Numbered from the stretch's first letter, positions 47,337 through 57,330 are shown. The stretch: 64,000 bases of DNA from Bryobacterales bacterium (GCA_965222095.1 CBDCTD010000001.1:141285-205284), one strand, 5' to 3'. Made by a program: numbers and translations. Notes: generated from the letters alone by a model not told the origin.

Positions 47337-48107
47337 CTGCGAGTCTGTCAGTTAGGAAGTGGCAGCAGCGGTAATGCGACGCTGGTAGCCACCGATCGCG
47401 TGCGTCTTCTAGTGGATGTCGGCTTCAGCTTTCGCGAGGTCGGAAAGCGGCTGCGGGCCATAGACGAAGACCCGGAAAAGATCGACGCCATCCTGATCTC
47501 CCACGAGCACGCGGATCATGTCTCGGGGCTGCCGCTGTGGGTCAAGAAGGCGAAAGCGCCCATCTACATGACGGAGTCGACCGAAGCGGCCTTGGACTGG
47601 AATGGCGTCGAACCGAAGATTGAGCGTTTTCGAGCAGGCCAGCGGCTGTTCATCGAGGACCTCGAGGTCGACACCTTCACGGTGCCCCATGACGCGGTTG
47701 ACCCCATCGCGTTCTGCTGTTGCTCACAAGGGATCAAGGTGGGTCTGGTGATGGACTTGGGCTACATCCCCGATTCGGTGAAACATCATATTGACGGCTG
47801 CCATGTGCTGCTGCTCGAGTCCAACCACGATTTGGAGATGCTGCGGGTCAGCCCTTATCCGTTCTTCGTCAGACAGCGCGTGGGGAGCCGCAATGGACAC
47901 CTCTCGAATCAGGCGGTCTCGGAGTTCCTACAGACCGCTTTTGACCGCCAAGCGAGATGGCTGGTATTGACGCATCTGAGTGAAAAAAACAATCATCCGG
48001 CCATCGCCGAAATGTCGGCCCGTGATGCCCTAAACCGGTGCGGAGCTATGGATACACGCCTCGTGGTCGCCGAGCAGCGCCGCCCCACGGAGGTTTTCCG
48101 GCTTTGA
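47337..48107 (+). CDS. MBL-fold metallo-hydrolase
   Basis: ILISHEHADHVSG. The conserved N-terminal LGSGSSGNATLV is encoded upstream of the track's GTG start. No ATG, GTG or TTG lies in frame after the stop at 47286, so I propose a CTG start at 47337. Confidence 0.7.
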   Translation: MRVCQLGSGSSGNATLVATDRVRLLVDVGFSFREVGKRLRAIDEDPEKIDAILISHEHADHVSGLPLWVKKAKAPIYMTESTEAALDWNGVEPKIERFRAGQRLFIEDLEVDTFTVPHDAVDPIAFCCCSQGIKVGLVMDLGYIPDSVKHHIDGCHVLLLESNHDLEMLRVSPYPFFVRQRVGSRNGHLSNQAVSEFLQTAFDRQARWLVLTHLSEKNNHPAIAEMSARDALNRCGAMDTRLVVAEQRRPTEVFRL

Positions 48108-49417
48108 TCCCCCGTTACACCCGCCCGGCCATGGGCCAAATCTGGTCGGACGAAAACAAGTTCCGCAAGTGGCTAGAAGTGGAGCTGGCAGCTTCGGAGG
48201 CTTTAGCCGAGATCGGAGAGGTTCCGACCGAGGCAGCGGAAGCTCTCCGCCAGCACGCCGATTTTGATGTGACTCGGATCCACGAGATCGAAAGCCAGGT
48301 CAAGCATGATGTCATCGCCTTCACCACAGCCGTGGCGGAGAAGATGAGCACGGCCGGCGTGGCCGACGCGTCACGCTGGTTTCACTACGGGCTGACCTCG
48401 AACGACGTGGTCGACACAGCTCAGGCGCTTCAGATCAAGGACGCGAGCGAACTGATTCAATCGGACCTCGAAGAACTGTGCCAGGTGCTACGGGAGCGGG
48501 CTTTCGAGTTCAAGGACACGGTGATCATTGGGCGTACCCACGGGGTCCACGCCGAGCCGACGACATTCGGACTCAAGATCGCCAACTGGTATGCCGAAGT
48601 TGACCGTCACGTGGCGCGCTTCCAAACGGCGGCGGAGCAGATTCGGGTTGGCAAAATCTCGGGTGCTGTGGGAACATTCGCTCACATCAGTCCGGAGGGC
48701 GAAGAGCGCATCTGCCGAAAACTCGGGTTGGAGCCGGCACCCATCTCCTCGCAAGTCATTCAAAGAGACCGCCACGCCCACTACCTGTCGATCCTGGCGC
48801 TCATCGCCGCCACCCTTGAAAAGATCGCCCTCGAAGTACGCCATTTGCAACGTACCGAGGTTCGAGAAGCCCAGGAATATTTTTCTAAAAAGCAGAAGGG
48901 CAGCTCGGCGATGCCTCACAAGAAAAACCCCATCACGTCCGAGCAGATCTGTGGATTGGCCCGGGTCCTGCGCTCGAATGCTCTCGCTGCTTTTGAAAAC
49001 ATCGCTCTCTGGCACGAGCGCGACATATCGCACTCCTCGGTCGAGCGCGTCATCCTGCCGGACTCGACCATCCTGGCGGACTACCTGCTGGCCAAGACGG
49101 CAGACCTCGTTCGAAAGCTGTTGGTCTACCCCGAGCAGATGAAAGACAATGTCGACCTCGGTGGAGGCCTTGTCTTCTCGGGCCAGGTGCTGCTCGATCT
49201 CACGGCCAAGGGCGTATTGCGCGAGCAAGCCTACGAATGGGTGCAGCGCAACGCCATGCGGGCCTGGGAAGAGGGGGCCGATTTCCGCCAACTGGTGGAA
49301 GAGGACCCGGATATCAGCTCTGTTCTGAGCGCGGAAGAAATCTCCACGGCGTTTTCCCTCAAGCGACAGCTTCAACACGTCGATTACGTCTTCGAGCGGG
49401 TTTTCGGCCAGACCTAG
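48104..49417 (+). CDS. purB: Adenylosuccinate lyase
   Basis: The TTG at 48104 gives MIPRYTRPAMGQIWSDENKFRKWLEVE (PurB N-terminus). SSAMPHKKNP signature. It overlaps the stop of the previous gene. Confidence 0.9.
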   Translation: MIPRYTRPAMGQIWSDENKFRKWLEVELAASEALAEIGEVPTEAAEALRQHADFDVTRIHEIESQVKHDVIAFTTAVAEKMSTAGVADASRWFHYGLTSNDVVDTAQALQIKDASELIQSDLEELCQVLRERAFEFKDTVIIGRTHGVHAEPTTFGLKIANWYAEVDRHVARFQTAAEQIRVGKISGAVGTFAHISPEGEERICRKLGLEPAPISSQVIQRDRHAHYLSILALIAATLEKIALEVRHLQRTEVREAQEYFSKKQKGSSAMPHKKNPITSEQICGLARVLRSNALAAFENIALWHERDISHSSVERVILPDSTILADYLLAKTADLVRKLLVYPEQMKDNVDLGGGLVFSGQVLLDLTAKGVLREQAYEWVQRNAMRAWEEGADFRQLVEEDPDISSVLSAEEISTAFSLKRQLQHVDYVFERVFGQT

Positions 49418-49716
49418 GCTCTACCAAGGGGCTGTTGAGGCCAATCCTTGACCAAGCATTTGTTCGGCCGGGCCGATGTTCCCTCGAAATGAAACCGGGT
49501 GGTGATAAGCCTTACAACCAACGGGGCGAACGCCGTAACCTAGCCTTGGTCAAAGCCCCGGGTTAGGCACAAACGAGCAGCAAAAGGTATGTTTAGCCTG
49601 GTTTTTGGCCCACACCGTAACTTACGGCACACTTTTGGCACCCGTTTAGTACCAGAACTGCAAATTTTGTTTTGGAATTTGACCAGACTCGGGCTAAAAT
49701 CTTTAGTGGAACTTAT

Positions 49717-50157
49717 ATGTCAACCGCGACGTTGGGACAGGTAGAACCGGCTCAGGACGTAAGCAGCGTTCGGATCCTCTTGGCCATGGATAACGTGGCC
49801 GCTCGACTTACGCTCGAAGCCCTACTTAGAAAGAGCGGCTATGCTGTGGACTCCGCGGCTTCCTTGCCGGAGGCCATGGAGAAGGTCGAACGTGAGCAAT
49901 ATGCCTTGGTTTTGTGTGACTTACGAGGGGAGTCCCCGGAGGCCTGCCGCCGAGTAATCAAGCTGGCTCAGACGCAGGAATACCGTCCCGCAACGGCCTA
50001 TCTCACCGCATCCCCAGAGAAGCGGAGGCCCCGAAACACGGATCAACTATTGATCGAACCCGTTGACGTACCCAGCCTGTTGACTCAGGTCGCTGACCTG
50101 ATTGCAGGCCGAGCGGCCGACCGTGCGCGCCGCGCCGTGCGCCGAAGTTGGGCGTAA
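49717..50157 (+). CDS. Atypical receiver (REC)-domain protein
   Basis: RILLAMDN...ALVLCDL...AYLTAS...LLIEPVD. The phospho-acceptor Asp and the Thr are present. The first acidic residue is Met, and the conserved Lys position reads Glu. Confidence 0.6.
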   Translation: MSTATLGQVEPAQDVSSVRILLAMDNVAARLTLEALLRKSGYAVDSAASLPEAMEKVEREQYALVLCDLRGESPEACRRVIKLAQTQEYRPATAYLTASPEKRRPRNTDQLLIEPVDVPSLLTQVADLIAGRAADRARRAVRRSWA

Positions 50158-50311
50158 TCGGCCACTTCCCAGGCGAATCTGAAAGATGTGCCGGGCGCGA
50201 GCTGCACCCTTGATTCAGGTGCGTCTCTACGGCTGGAAACAACTCGTCGTTTGCGGAGACGCTACTGGAACCGTTCGTCGGGCCGGCATTCAGGCGGCTA
50301 GATAGTCTTAC

Positions 50312-52039
50312 TTACTTCAGCCTGTAGACATCGATCGAATCCGTCTGGTTGGGTTTGGGGAAGGACTTCACCAGGCACGCATTGGGCTGGCGGACGTGGA
50401 CTGCGGCCTGTGTGTAGTAGTTGGTGTCGGTCACATAAAAGACTCGACCGACCTTCGAAAAATCAATCATGCCTGACTTTTCCCGTTCGTAATGAGATTT
50501 GATGATATCAGCACGACCCTGGGGAAGGATCGGATGGTCGCCGGATTTCTGTGTCCACCAGGCTTCGTAAACGCGGATCCCCTGGCGCTGATTCAGGTAC
50601 GGGAACATGGTGTCGGCCGGGGGTCCCCAAATGGGGTCCGTGAGTAAGACGAACGGCCCGTTCCTGGATTCTTCGAGCAAATAGTCAACGGCTTCCCGAT
50701 TCCCGAACCCGGCGTGGGCGTGAGACGAGAGAAAGCCCTGTCGGTCGTAGGGGTCCAGGTACTCCGCCGGGTTGCCCACCATGCCCACCGACCGAGCGAG
50801 CATCGGGCCGACCAAGACAGCGAAGGCGAGGGCGGCAATCACTGCTCGGGGGGGAGCCCAGGCAGTTCTCACGGCTGTCCGGTCCAGCACATCAGTGGCT
50901 GCCATGCTCACGAGCACGAGCCACGGCCAAAAATGAGGAAACGCCCAGCGCGTTGGGAACATCAGCGACAGAACGAAGACCTGTACGAGCAGGGGCACGA
51001 TCGAGACCGAAAGCAAGACCCAAGCTGCCACGGACCTCCTGACCGTCCAGTAGATGAGGGACCCGAGCGCCGCTAGGGCCAGCGGTACCGTCACGTAGCT
51101 GGAAATGTAGCTTCCTAGATGAGTGAAGTTCTCCGGCGCAACAGCCAGAGGGTTCCGAAGCAGCTCTGAGGGATCGACGTAAAACTCTTTGTGGTGCAGA
51201 AGAGCGTCATGCGTCTCAAGCGTGGGCGCCTTGGGAGTGGCGAGCAAAGAGAGCAAAACGAAGACCGAGGCCAGGCCGTAGATCACCAGCAATCGCAACC
51301 ATAGGCTTCGCGTCTCCTTTTTGCCCAGCCACAAGCCGGCTAAGACCGGGAAAAAGGCAAACAGGATCACGGTCTGCTTGGTGAACAGCCCCAAGCCCAG
51401 GGCCAGGCCCGCCGGCAGCTCTCTTCTCCAGGACTTGCCGGGCTCTTGAAAACATTCCAGCGACGTCAGAACGATAGCTATACCGAAGAGATTGACAAAT
51501 GCCTCCGTATAGGCCAAGCGATCGAACAGCAGCGCGAAGGGGAAGCAGGCATAGAGGAAAGCCGAAAGCAGCCCCGCCAGTTCTCCCGCGAGGCGCCGGC
51601 CGATGGCAAAAACGCCTATCGTGCTCAGTAGGCCGGCAAAGACGGAAAGGAGCCTGCCTTGCAGGAGCGGGTCAACGTCAGAGATCTTGCGCAGGATAGC
51701 GAGTATCCAGTACGTGAGCGGTTGCTTGCCGTCCAGTAGGGAAATGAACCACTGACCCTGGTGGTCGATGATTTCGGCCCATCGCAGATAGATGCTCTCA
51801 TCGACGAGAATCGGGAACATCGAGAGCAGCTTGTAGCCCCGCAGTGCAAAACCCAGAGCCAAGATGCCGAGCATGAGCCGCCGCCCATTCCTTGTTGAGG
51901 GCCATAAGGTAGCGGCCAGGATGGAAAGCGATGGGGTTCGAGATTCCTGGCGAGGGGGTCCGGGTTTTTTGGTTTCCCGTGCCCGGCGCGTGCCCCGAGG
52001 TCTACGCGGCTTGTGGGGAGCATGGGTGGGGTTGGCCAT
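50312..52039 (-). CDS. GT-C fold membrane glycosyltransferase (GT39/GT83, ArnT/PMT-like) with a C-terminal soluble domain
   Basis: About 11 hydrophobic segments. The first-loop motif VDESIYLRWA is a DE motif as in PMT/ArnT. Confidence 0.7.
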   Translation of the reverse strand: MANPTHAPHKPRRPRGTRRARETKKPGPPRQESRTPSLSILAATLWPSTRNGRRLMLGILALGFALRGYKLLSMFPILVDESIYLRWAEIIDHQGQWFISLLDGKQPLTYWILAILRKISDVDPLLQGRLLSVFAGLLSTIGVFAIGRRLAGELAGLLSAFLYACFPFALLFDRLAYTEAFVNLFGIAIVLTSLECFQEPGKSWRRELPAGLALGLGLFTKQTVILFAFFPVLAGLWLGKKETRSLWLRLLVIYGLASVFVLLSLLATPKAPTLETHDALLHHKEFYVDPSELLRNPLAVAPENFTHLGSYISSYVTVPLALAALGSLIYWTVRRSVAAWVLLSVSIVPLLVQVFVLSLMFPTRWAFPHFWPWLVLVSMAATDVLDRTAVRTAWAPPRAVIAALAFAVLVGPMLARSVGMVGNPAEYLDPYDRQGFLSSHAHAGFGNREAVDYLLEESRNGPFVLLTDPIWGPPADTMFPYLNQRQGIRVYEAWWTQKSGDHPILPQGRADIIKSHYEREKSGMIDFSKVGRVFYVTDTNYYTQAAVHVRQPNACLVKSFPKPNQTDSIDVYRLK

Positions 52040-52259
52040 TACTGTTCCGGTAGGCTAGCCTAGCAACTTTTCTCCCCTCCTCCCCCTTTTTTCGCGCCCG
52101 ACCAGGCCCGACGAAGCGACTGTGCTTCGGGTTCTACCGCCGGCCCCCAAAGTCCACTTGTCGCCGTCCTACTGTTTTGTGGCCAACGCTCATCGTGCCG
52201 CTTGCTCATTTCGACGCCTGGGCCAGTTCGCGCCCATCAGCTTAACCCAGCGGAGATTC

Positions 52260-53729
52260 TCAGGTGGCCGGTTGGTTTACTTTGATGATGGGGCGCTTGC
52301 CGGAGCTTTCGTGCGGAATCTCAGAGACCTTTTCGATCGTGACTTCCATCTCGCTCCCCAACAACTCGTTCAAATCCCTTTCCAGCTGCTCGTGCCGCTG
52401 CCGGTTCCAACCGGGTGCCGGAACGACCATAAAACACGCCCGGTTCCGATCCCGCTGGACAAGCTGATAGTGGCTGACCGCATCCAGATTATCTTTGTAG
52501 ACAAACAAGTATTGGCCTAAAACGACCGGGCTGATCGATTTGCCGGACGGTGTCGAAAGGCATTCTTGAGAACGGCCCTGGATGGGACCGAACAGAGGGA
52601 AGCCCCGCCCGCAGGCACAGCCGGCTGACCCACCTACGGCAAGATCGCCGGTGTCATAGCGGATGAGCGGCGAGGCGTAGTTGAGCAGGTCGGTCAACAC
52701 GACACGCCCGGTCTCACCGGGCGATACTCGAGAACCGTCATCTCTCAGGAATTCGCCAACGGCCAATTCCGTATTGAGATGAAACTGCTCGCCGGAAAGC
52801 GCGCACGTTTGGCCGCTCCAAGATCCGATTTCGCGCAGGCCGTAGCGATCGATGATCGGAGCACGGAAGTACTCTTCAATAACTCGGCGGCGGTCGGGAG
52901 AAAGAGTTTCTGCGATGGTGACGACCGCCCCCAAAGGAAAGCTGAGACGCAAGTCGGCCCGGAGCAGCTCGCTGGCGATGGTCGTGAGGGCGGCGGTGTA
53001 GCCCATGACGTAGTGCGGGCGAAACGCTTCAATGCGCCTCCGCACCTGTTCGGCCTGGGCGCGGCCGACCTCCAAGACAGAGATCCTCTCCTGCGTTAAA
53101 CCCTCGTACCGGGCTTGCAGTTGCTCCCGAATCTTTCGGCGTGCCCGGACAGACCACGGATCACCTGGATCGGGCGAAGGCGGCGTGGGCGGCGACATGA
53201 TCCTCAGGTAGCGATCGAAAGGATTGAGGCCGAACCAGGAGTCGTAGAACAAGTGACTCGCGAAGATCAGGGGCATCGCCTGGCGGTCTAACGTAAAACG
53301 GAAGGGTTCCCCGGTGGAACCCGATGTCGTGCGCTCCAGCCTCCGGTGAGCGGGCACATTCTCTGCCAAGAAATGGCTTGGCGGGTGGCGGCGATAGTCG
53401 GATTTCGTCATCACCGGCAAGGCCTGGAGATTCTCGGTCGTTCTCAGCTCGTCGGTTGCCAGCCCCTGGTGCCGGTAGAGATCGCGATAGAAGGGAACGT
53501 TCTCGGCGGCGTGTTTGAGCAGCGCGGCCAGTCGTTGTTCGCTCCGAGCGCGCAGTTCGTCGGGCGAGAGCCATTGGGCCCGGGTGAACTCCTGCAGTGC
53601 CTCGGAAAACCGTCCTCCCACGAGCGGCCCCCCGAGCCGCAACGCCAGGCTCGATGCGGCCGCTTTGAAACGCCGGCCGAGCCCCGCGTTTCCCTGTTCG
53701 AGATTCCTCATGTCTTCGCTAGGTGCCAA
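52260..53729 (-). CDS. Adenylate-forming enzyme of the phenylacetate-CoA ligase / CapK / F390 synthetase family
   Basis: TSGSTGEPFRF (AMP-binding P-loop-like motif), YDTGD, GKRPII near the C-terminus. Confidence 0.75.
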   Translation of the reverse strand: MAPSEDMRNLEQGNAGLGRRFKAAASSLALRLGGPLVGGRFSEALQEFTRAQWLSPDELRARSEQRLAALLKHAAENVPFYRDLYRHQGLATDELRTTENLQALPVMTKSDYRRHPPSHFLAENVPAHRRLERTTSGSTGEPFRFTLDRQAMPLIFASHLFYDSWFGLNPFDRYLRIMSPPTPPSPDPGDPWSVRARRKIREQLQARYEGLTQERISVLEVGRAQAEQVRRRIEAFRPHYVMGYTAALTTIASELLRADLRLSFPLGAVVTIAETLSPDRRRVIEEYFRAPIIDRYGLREIGSWSGQTCALSGEQFHLNTELAVGEFLRDDGSRVSPGETGRVVLTDLLNYASPLIRYDTGDLAVGGSAGCACGRGFPLFGPIQGRSQECLSTPSGKSISPVVLGQYLFVYKDNLDAVSHYQLVQRDRNRACFMVVPAPGWNRQRHEQLERDLNELLGSEMEVTIEKVSEIPHESSGKRPIIKVNQPAT

Positions 53730-53905
53730 CCGCCATGAGCTATTTTCCCGATCTCTAGCGTCGCACAGTGGGTCTATCCGACAAGGGGAAAGGAGTTGAA
53801 GCCGGAGGAAGTGAGAAGGCGGTCGCTGTCGGGCGAGTTGTTACAATAGTTTCTCACCCACCAGTCCGCCATTCCCTCGGGTCGATTGCGGGATCCCCCG
53901 TCCGC

Positions 53906-55570
53906 ATGAAGAAACGCCCATCACGAAAGAAAGCGGCAGCTAGGCCAAAGAACAGTCCCGAAATCAAGGCGGCCGCGAATCCGGATAGCGCTCAACCAGG
54001 GCCGTCAAGGGAGCGGGGCGAAGGCGCAGGAGCCTCCCTCGCCCTGTCGACGAAACAAAAAGTCCTGTGGCCCCTTATCGTACTGCTCGTTTACGCCTTT
54101 GTCGGGACCTGGGGCCATTTTGACTTCAGCGACTTGATGGGCTACTACGATTTTCTGGCTGATGCGTTTCTGCAGGGCAAGACCCATATCGAGCCAACGC
54201 CCCAGCAGATATATTTGCACGACATGATACCTCATCAGAACCGTTATTATCTCCAATGGGGACCTTTCCCGGCGCTGTTTCACGCGGCCGCGAAGCTTGT
54301 CGGACTGAAGCTATCTGACCGTGTCGCATGTATGCTGGCAGCTCTGCTCAATGCGGCTGCTTTCCTCGCTATCATCGTCCATCTGCGACGCCGTTTCCTC
54401 CCAACGATTCCGAACGCGGTGCTTGCCTGGTTCTTTTTCGCGTTTGCCCTGGCAACCCCTACCGTATTGCTGGGGCTTCGCGGAACCGTCTACCACGAAT
54501 CCGAGGCGGTGGCCGGGATCGGGATCCTGTGGTCGTTCTTTGCCTTGCTCCGGTACCAAGAAAGCCATGATCCCCGTTGGGCGTTGGCGGTCGGTGCTGG
54601 TGTGGCGGTCGCAGCGCTGTCACGAGTGCCATTGATTGTCTATAGTGTTGGCCTGGCCGGCGCCGTGGTGGCGACATTGTATGCGAAGCGCAGCTCAATG
54701 CCCAAAGCGATAGGGAGCCTGGCTCTCTGTGGACTGCCGGTGGTCGCAGCGGGGCTTCTAGCGATGGCCTACAACCAGGCGCGATTCGGATCACCATGGG
54801 ATTTCGGGCGCCTCTATCTGCCCAGCACGCCCAGTCTGGCTTCGCAGCCTTTCGCCGTCGCTTACGTGCCGGAAAACCTGCGGAATTATCTGCTCGCCCC
54901 CCCGAAGTGGACCCCTGACTTCCCTTGGATCGAGCACGTCGGCTGGGCGCCTGTCGAGCAGACCAATCGGGCCGAAGATATGTCATCGCTGCTGATTACC
55001 TCACCCTTCGTCCTGCTCGCAGCGCTCTGCTGGCCGCTTTGGCGAAGGGGCCGTCACGATCCTCACTTGCGAATCTTCGCGATTGCCGCGGCTCTATCGT
55101 CCTTGCTGATGTTCGTGATCATGTTGTCGTTCATCGCTTCAGCTCGCCGATACGCGCAGGATTTCCTTCCTCTATGGGTGGTTCTGGCTTTTGTGGGTGT
55201 TGGACTTTACGGCGTGACGGCTTCACAATGGCGCCGATGGCAGGTCCCTGCGTGGGCCTTGTTGACAGCGTCTTTCCTATTTCACGCGCACATCTCGTTC
55301 ACGCAGTCGTTCACCTGGGATCCGCCGGACCTTAATGTCATGCGCACGTTTGCCTCACTGACACCAGCCGCCAGGAAGATTCTGCCCGCCGGGCCAAAGT
55401 GGGACGAGCACGAGGCAATCATCCGCAACGACCTGGGCGCCTATTTCCTCAATTCGGGCCGGCCCGCGGCGGCGGTCTTGGAATTTGAAAAGGCAAGCGA
55501 TTTGATGCCGGAGGATGCGCGCATCCGGAAGAACCTGGAACTTGCCAGGCGGCTGGCGCGCGGTGGGTAG
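53906..55570 (+). CDS. Polytopic membrane protein (GT-C/ArnT-like) with a C-terminal TPR
   Basis: The ATG at 53906 gives a basic N-terminus (MKKRPSRKKAAARPK). At least 10 hydrophobic helices follow. The C-terminal NDLGAYFLNSGRPAAAVLEFEKASDLMPEDA is TPR-like. Confidence 0.6.
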   Translation: MKKRPSRKKAAARPKNSPEIKAAANPDSAQPGPSRERGEGAGASLALSTKQKVLWPLIVLLVYAFVGTWGHFDFSDLMGYYDFLADAFLQGKTHIEPTPQQIYLHDMIPHQNRYYLQWGPFPALFHAAAKLVGLKLSDRVACMLAALLNAAAFLAIIVHLRRRFLPTIPNAVLAWFFFAFALATPTVLLGLRGTVYHESEAVAGIGILWSFFALLRYQESHDPRWALAVGAGVAVAALSRVPLIVYSVGLAGAVVATLYAKRSSMPKAIGSLALCGLPVVAAGLLAMAYNQARFGSPWDFGRLYLPSTPSLASQPFAVAYVPENLRNYLLAPPKWTPDFPWIEHVGWAPVEQTNRAEDMSSLLITSPFVLLAALCWPLWRRGRHDPHLRIFAIAAALSSLLMFVIMLSFIASARRYAQDFLPLWVVLAFVGVGLYGVTASQWRRWQVPAWALLTASFLFHAHISFTQSFTWDPPDLNVMRTFASLTPAARKILPAGPKWDEHEAIIRNDLGAYFLNSGRPAAAVLEFEKASDLMPEDARIRKNLELARRLARGG

Positions 55571-55740
55571 CCCTGTTCCCCCCACTGGCCGCTTGATCTT
55601 GGGCCGGCACCTTTTCGTCAGGCTGAACGCCAACCGATCTGGCGGGCTCCGATCCCGAGAGCCGTCCTGAGGCTGCATCTGTTCATGGGCCACTACTTTT
55701 ACGCTACTATTGAGGGACTCCCGCCCCTGTTTCACTGAGT

Positions 55741-57330
55741 ATGCCGTCCCATCCGAAGGTCCTGGTGATCGGCCTCGACGCCGCCGAGCCCACGCTCATC
55801 CGGCGTTGGTGCGACGAGGGTCACCTAGTCAACCTCGGCCGGCTGATGGAGGCCGGCACCACCGTTCACCTGAGGTCTCCTGCCGAGCAATTCCCGGACG
55901 AGGTTTGGCCAGCTATTTATACCAGCAGTAATTCGGCTGAGCTTGGCAAGTACTACTACATCCAGCCGCAACCGGGGAGTACGAATCTGGAGGTAGTCGA
56001 AGACCGGGCAGTAGGCGCGGAATTCTGGATCACGGCCTCGAACCACGGCAAGCGCTGTGCGGTCGTTGACGTTCCCAAGACCGGGCTTGGCCCGCCCATT
56101 CATGGGATTCAGCTCGTGAATTGGGGAGCCCATGCAACCCATGCACAGACGGCTTCCACCCCGCCCGAGCTGCTGGAGCAGATATTAGCTCGCTACGGCC
56201 CTTATCCCTTGCACAGTTGTGACGCACACGGCCTCAAACTCGAGGAGTATCAAGAGCTCCGGCGCCAACTGCTAGCCGGAGTGAAGCTTCGCAAGCGCGT
56301 GATCGCAGACTTGCTCAGCTCCGAAACCTGGGACCTGTTTTTCTGTGTGTTTTCCGAGACGCATTGTGCGGGACATCAGTTCTGGCACCTGCTTGACCCC
56401 AACCATCCCCGTCACGACCCTCACAATACCCACGGCTTGCAGACAGCCATGCGGGACGTCTACCAGGCGGTGGACGAAGCTGTAGGCTCGCTTGTCGAAG
56501 CTGCCGGGCCCGAATGCGTGGCGGTTGTCTTCTCGGGACACGGCATGCAACCTCAGTATCACGGCCGTGAGCTGCTACCGAAACTGCTCGAACTGTGGGG
56601 CATGAAGGGCCCGTCGAATGTCGAACCCAGCTCCGGTCGGGAACGGCGGATCAAGGTGGGCCGCAGCCTGCTTCGGACGCTTAAGGAAGCGGTCCCGATG
56701 CCATGGCAGTACGCCGTAAAGAAGATCTTGCCGAAAAAGATCGAAGAGGCACTGGTGTGCCGCTTCATGGGCGCCAAAAAACTCGATGTTGGGGCACGTG
56801 CTTTTTATGTTCCAAACAACGACCTAACACCCGCTATTCGAATCAACGTCAAAGGCCGAGATCCTCAGGGCTTGGTGCCGGAGGGGCGCCCCTACGAGGA
56901 GCTCTGTGAATTCATCTCGACACGCCTGCGCGAACTCATAAACCCCGCTACAAAGAAGCCCGCCCTGCACAAGGTCTCCCGAACGCGCGACCTCTACAGG
57001 GGACGTCACCTACAAACCCTGCCGGATCTTACGGCGATGTGGAGCGGCGAAGCTTCGATCGAAGCGCTCTACTCGCCGGGCTACGGAACTGTCATCGGCG
57101 GTCACCATGACCTACGAAGTGGAGGCCATGGGGCCGAAGGCCTGCTGATTGTCCGTGACCCCGCCGGCAGGTCTATTCAGGCCGGCGAGGCCAGCGGCAG
57201 AGACTTGGCCCCCAGCATCCTCCAGCTGATGGGCGTACCGGTTCCGGAAACCATGGAAGGGAAAAGCCTCGTGAAAGCCCAGGAACCAACGCCGGACCGG
57301 AAGGAATCAAACAGGGTAACTGCCCAGTAG
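55741..57330 (+). CDS. Alkaline phosphatase superfamily protein (type I phosphodiesterase/nucleotide pyrophosphatase-like)
   Basis: VLVIGLDAAEPTLIRRW at the N-terminus, FSETHCAGHQFWH, SGHGMQP, GGHHDLRSGGHGAEG. Confidence 0.7.
   Translation: MPSHPKVLVIGLDAAEPTLIRRWCDEGHLVNLGRLMEAGTTVHLRSPAEQFPDEVWPAIYTSSNSAELGKYYYIQPQPGSTNLEVVEDRAVGAEFWITASNHGKRCAVVDVPKTGLGPPIHGIQLVNWGAHATHAQTASTPPELLEQILARYGPYPLHSCDAHGLKLEEYQELRRQLLAGVKLRKRVIADLLSSETWDLFFCVFSETHCAGHQFWHLLDPNHPRHDPHNTHGLQTAMRDVYQAVDEAVGSLVEAAGPECVAVVFSGHGMQPQYHGRELLPKLLELWGMKGPSNVEPSSGRERRIKVGRSLLRTLKEAVPMPWQYAVKKILPKKIEEALVCRFMGAKKLDVGARAFYVPNNDLTPAIRINVKGRDPQGLVPEGRPYEELCEFISTRLRELINPATKKPALHKVSRTRDLYRGRHLQTLPDLTAMWSGEASIEALYSPGYGTVIGGHHDLRSGGHGAEGLLIVRDPAGRSIQAGEASGRDLAPSILQLMGVPVPETMEGKSLVKAQEPTPDRKESNRVTAQ

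Noticed and set aside
48488-49378. 296-aa ORF on the minus strand
   Set aside because: It is antisense to purB (clear PurB motifs on the plus strand) and has no domain features.
49636-49652. Sigma54-like TGGCACCCGTTTAGTA upstream of the receiver gene
   Set aside because: The -12 element reads AGT instead of TGC/TTGC at the correct spacing.
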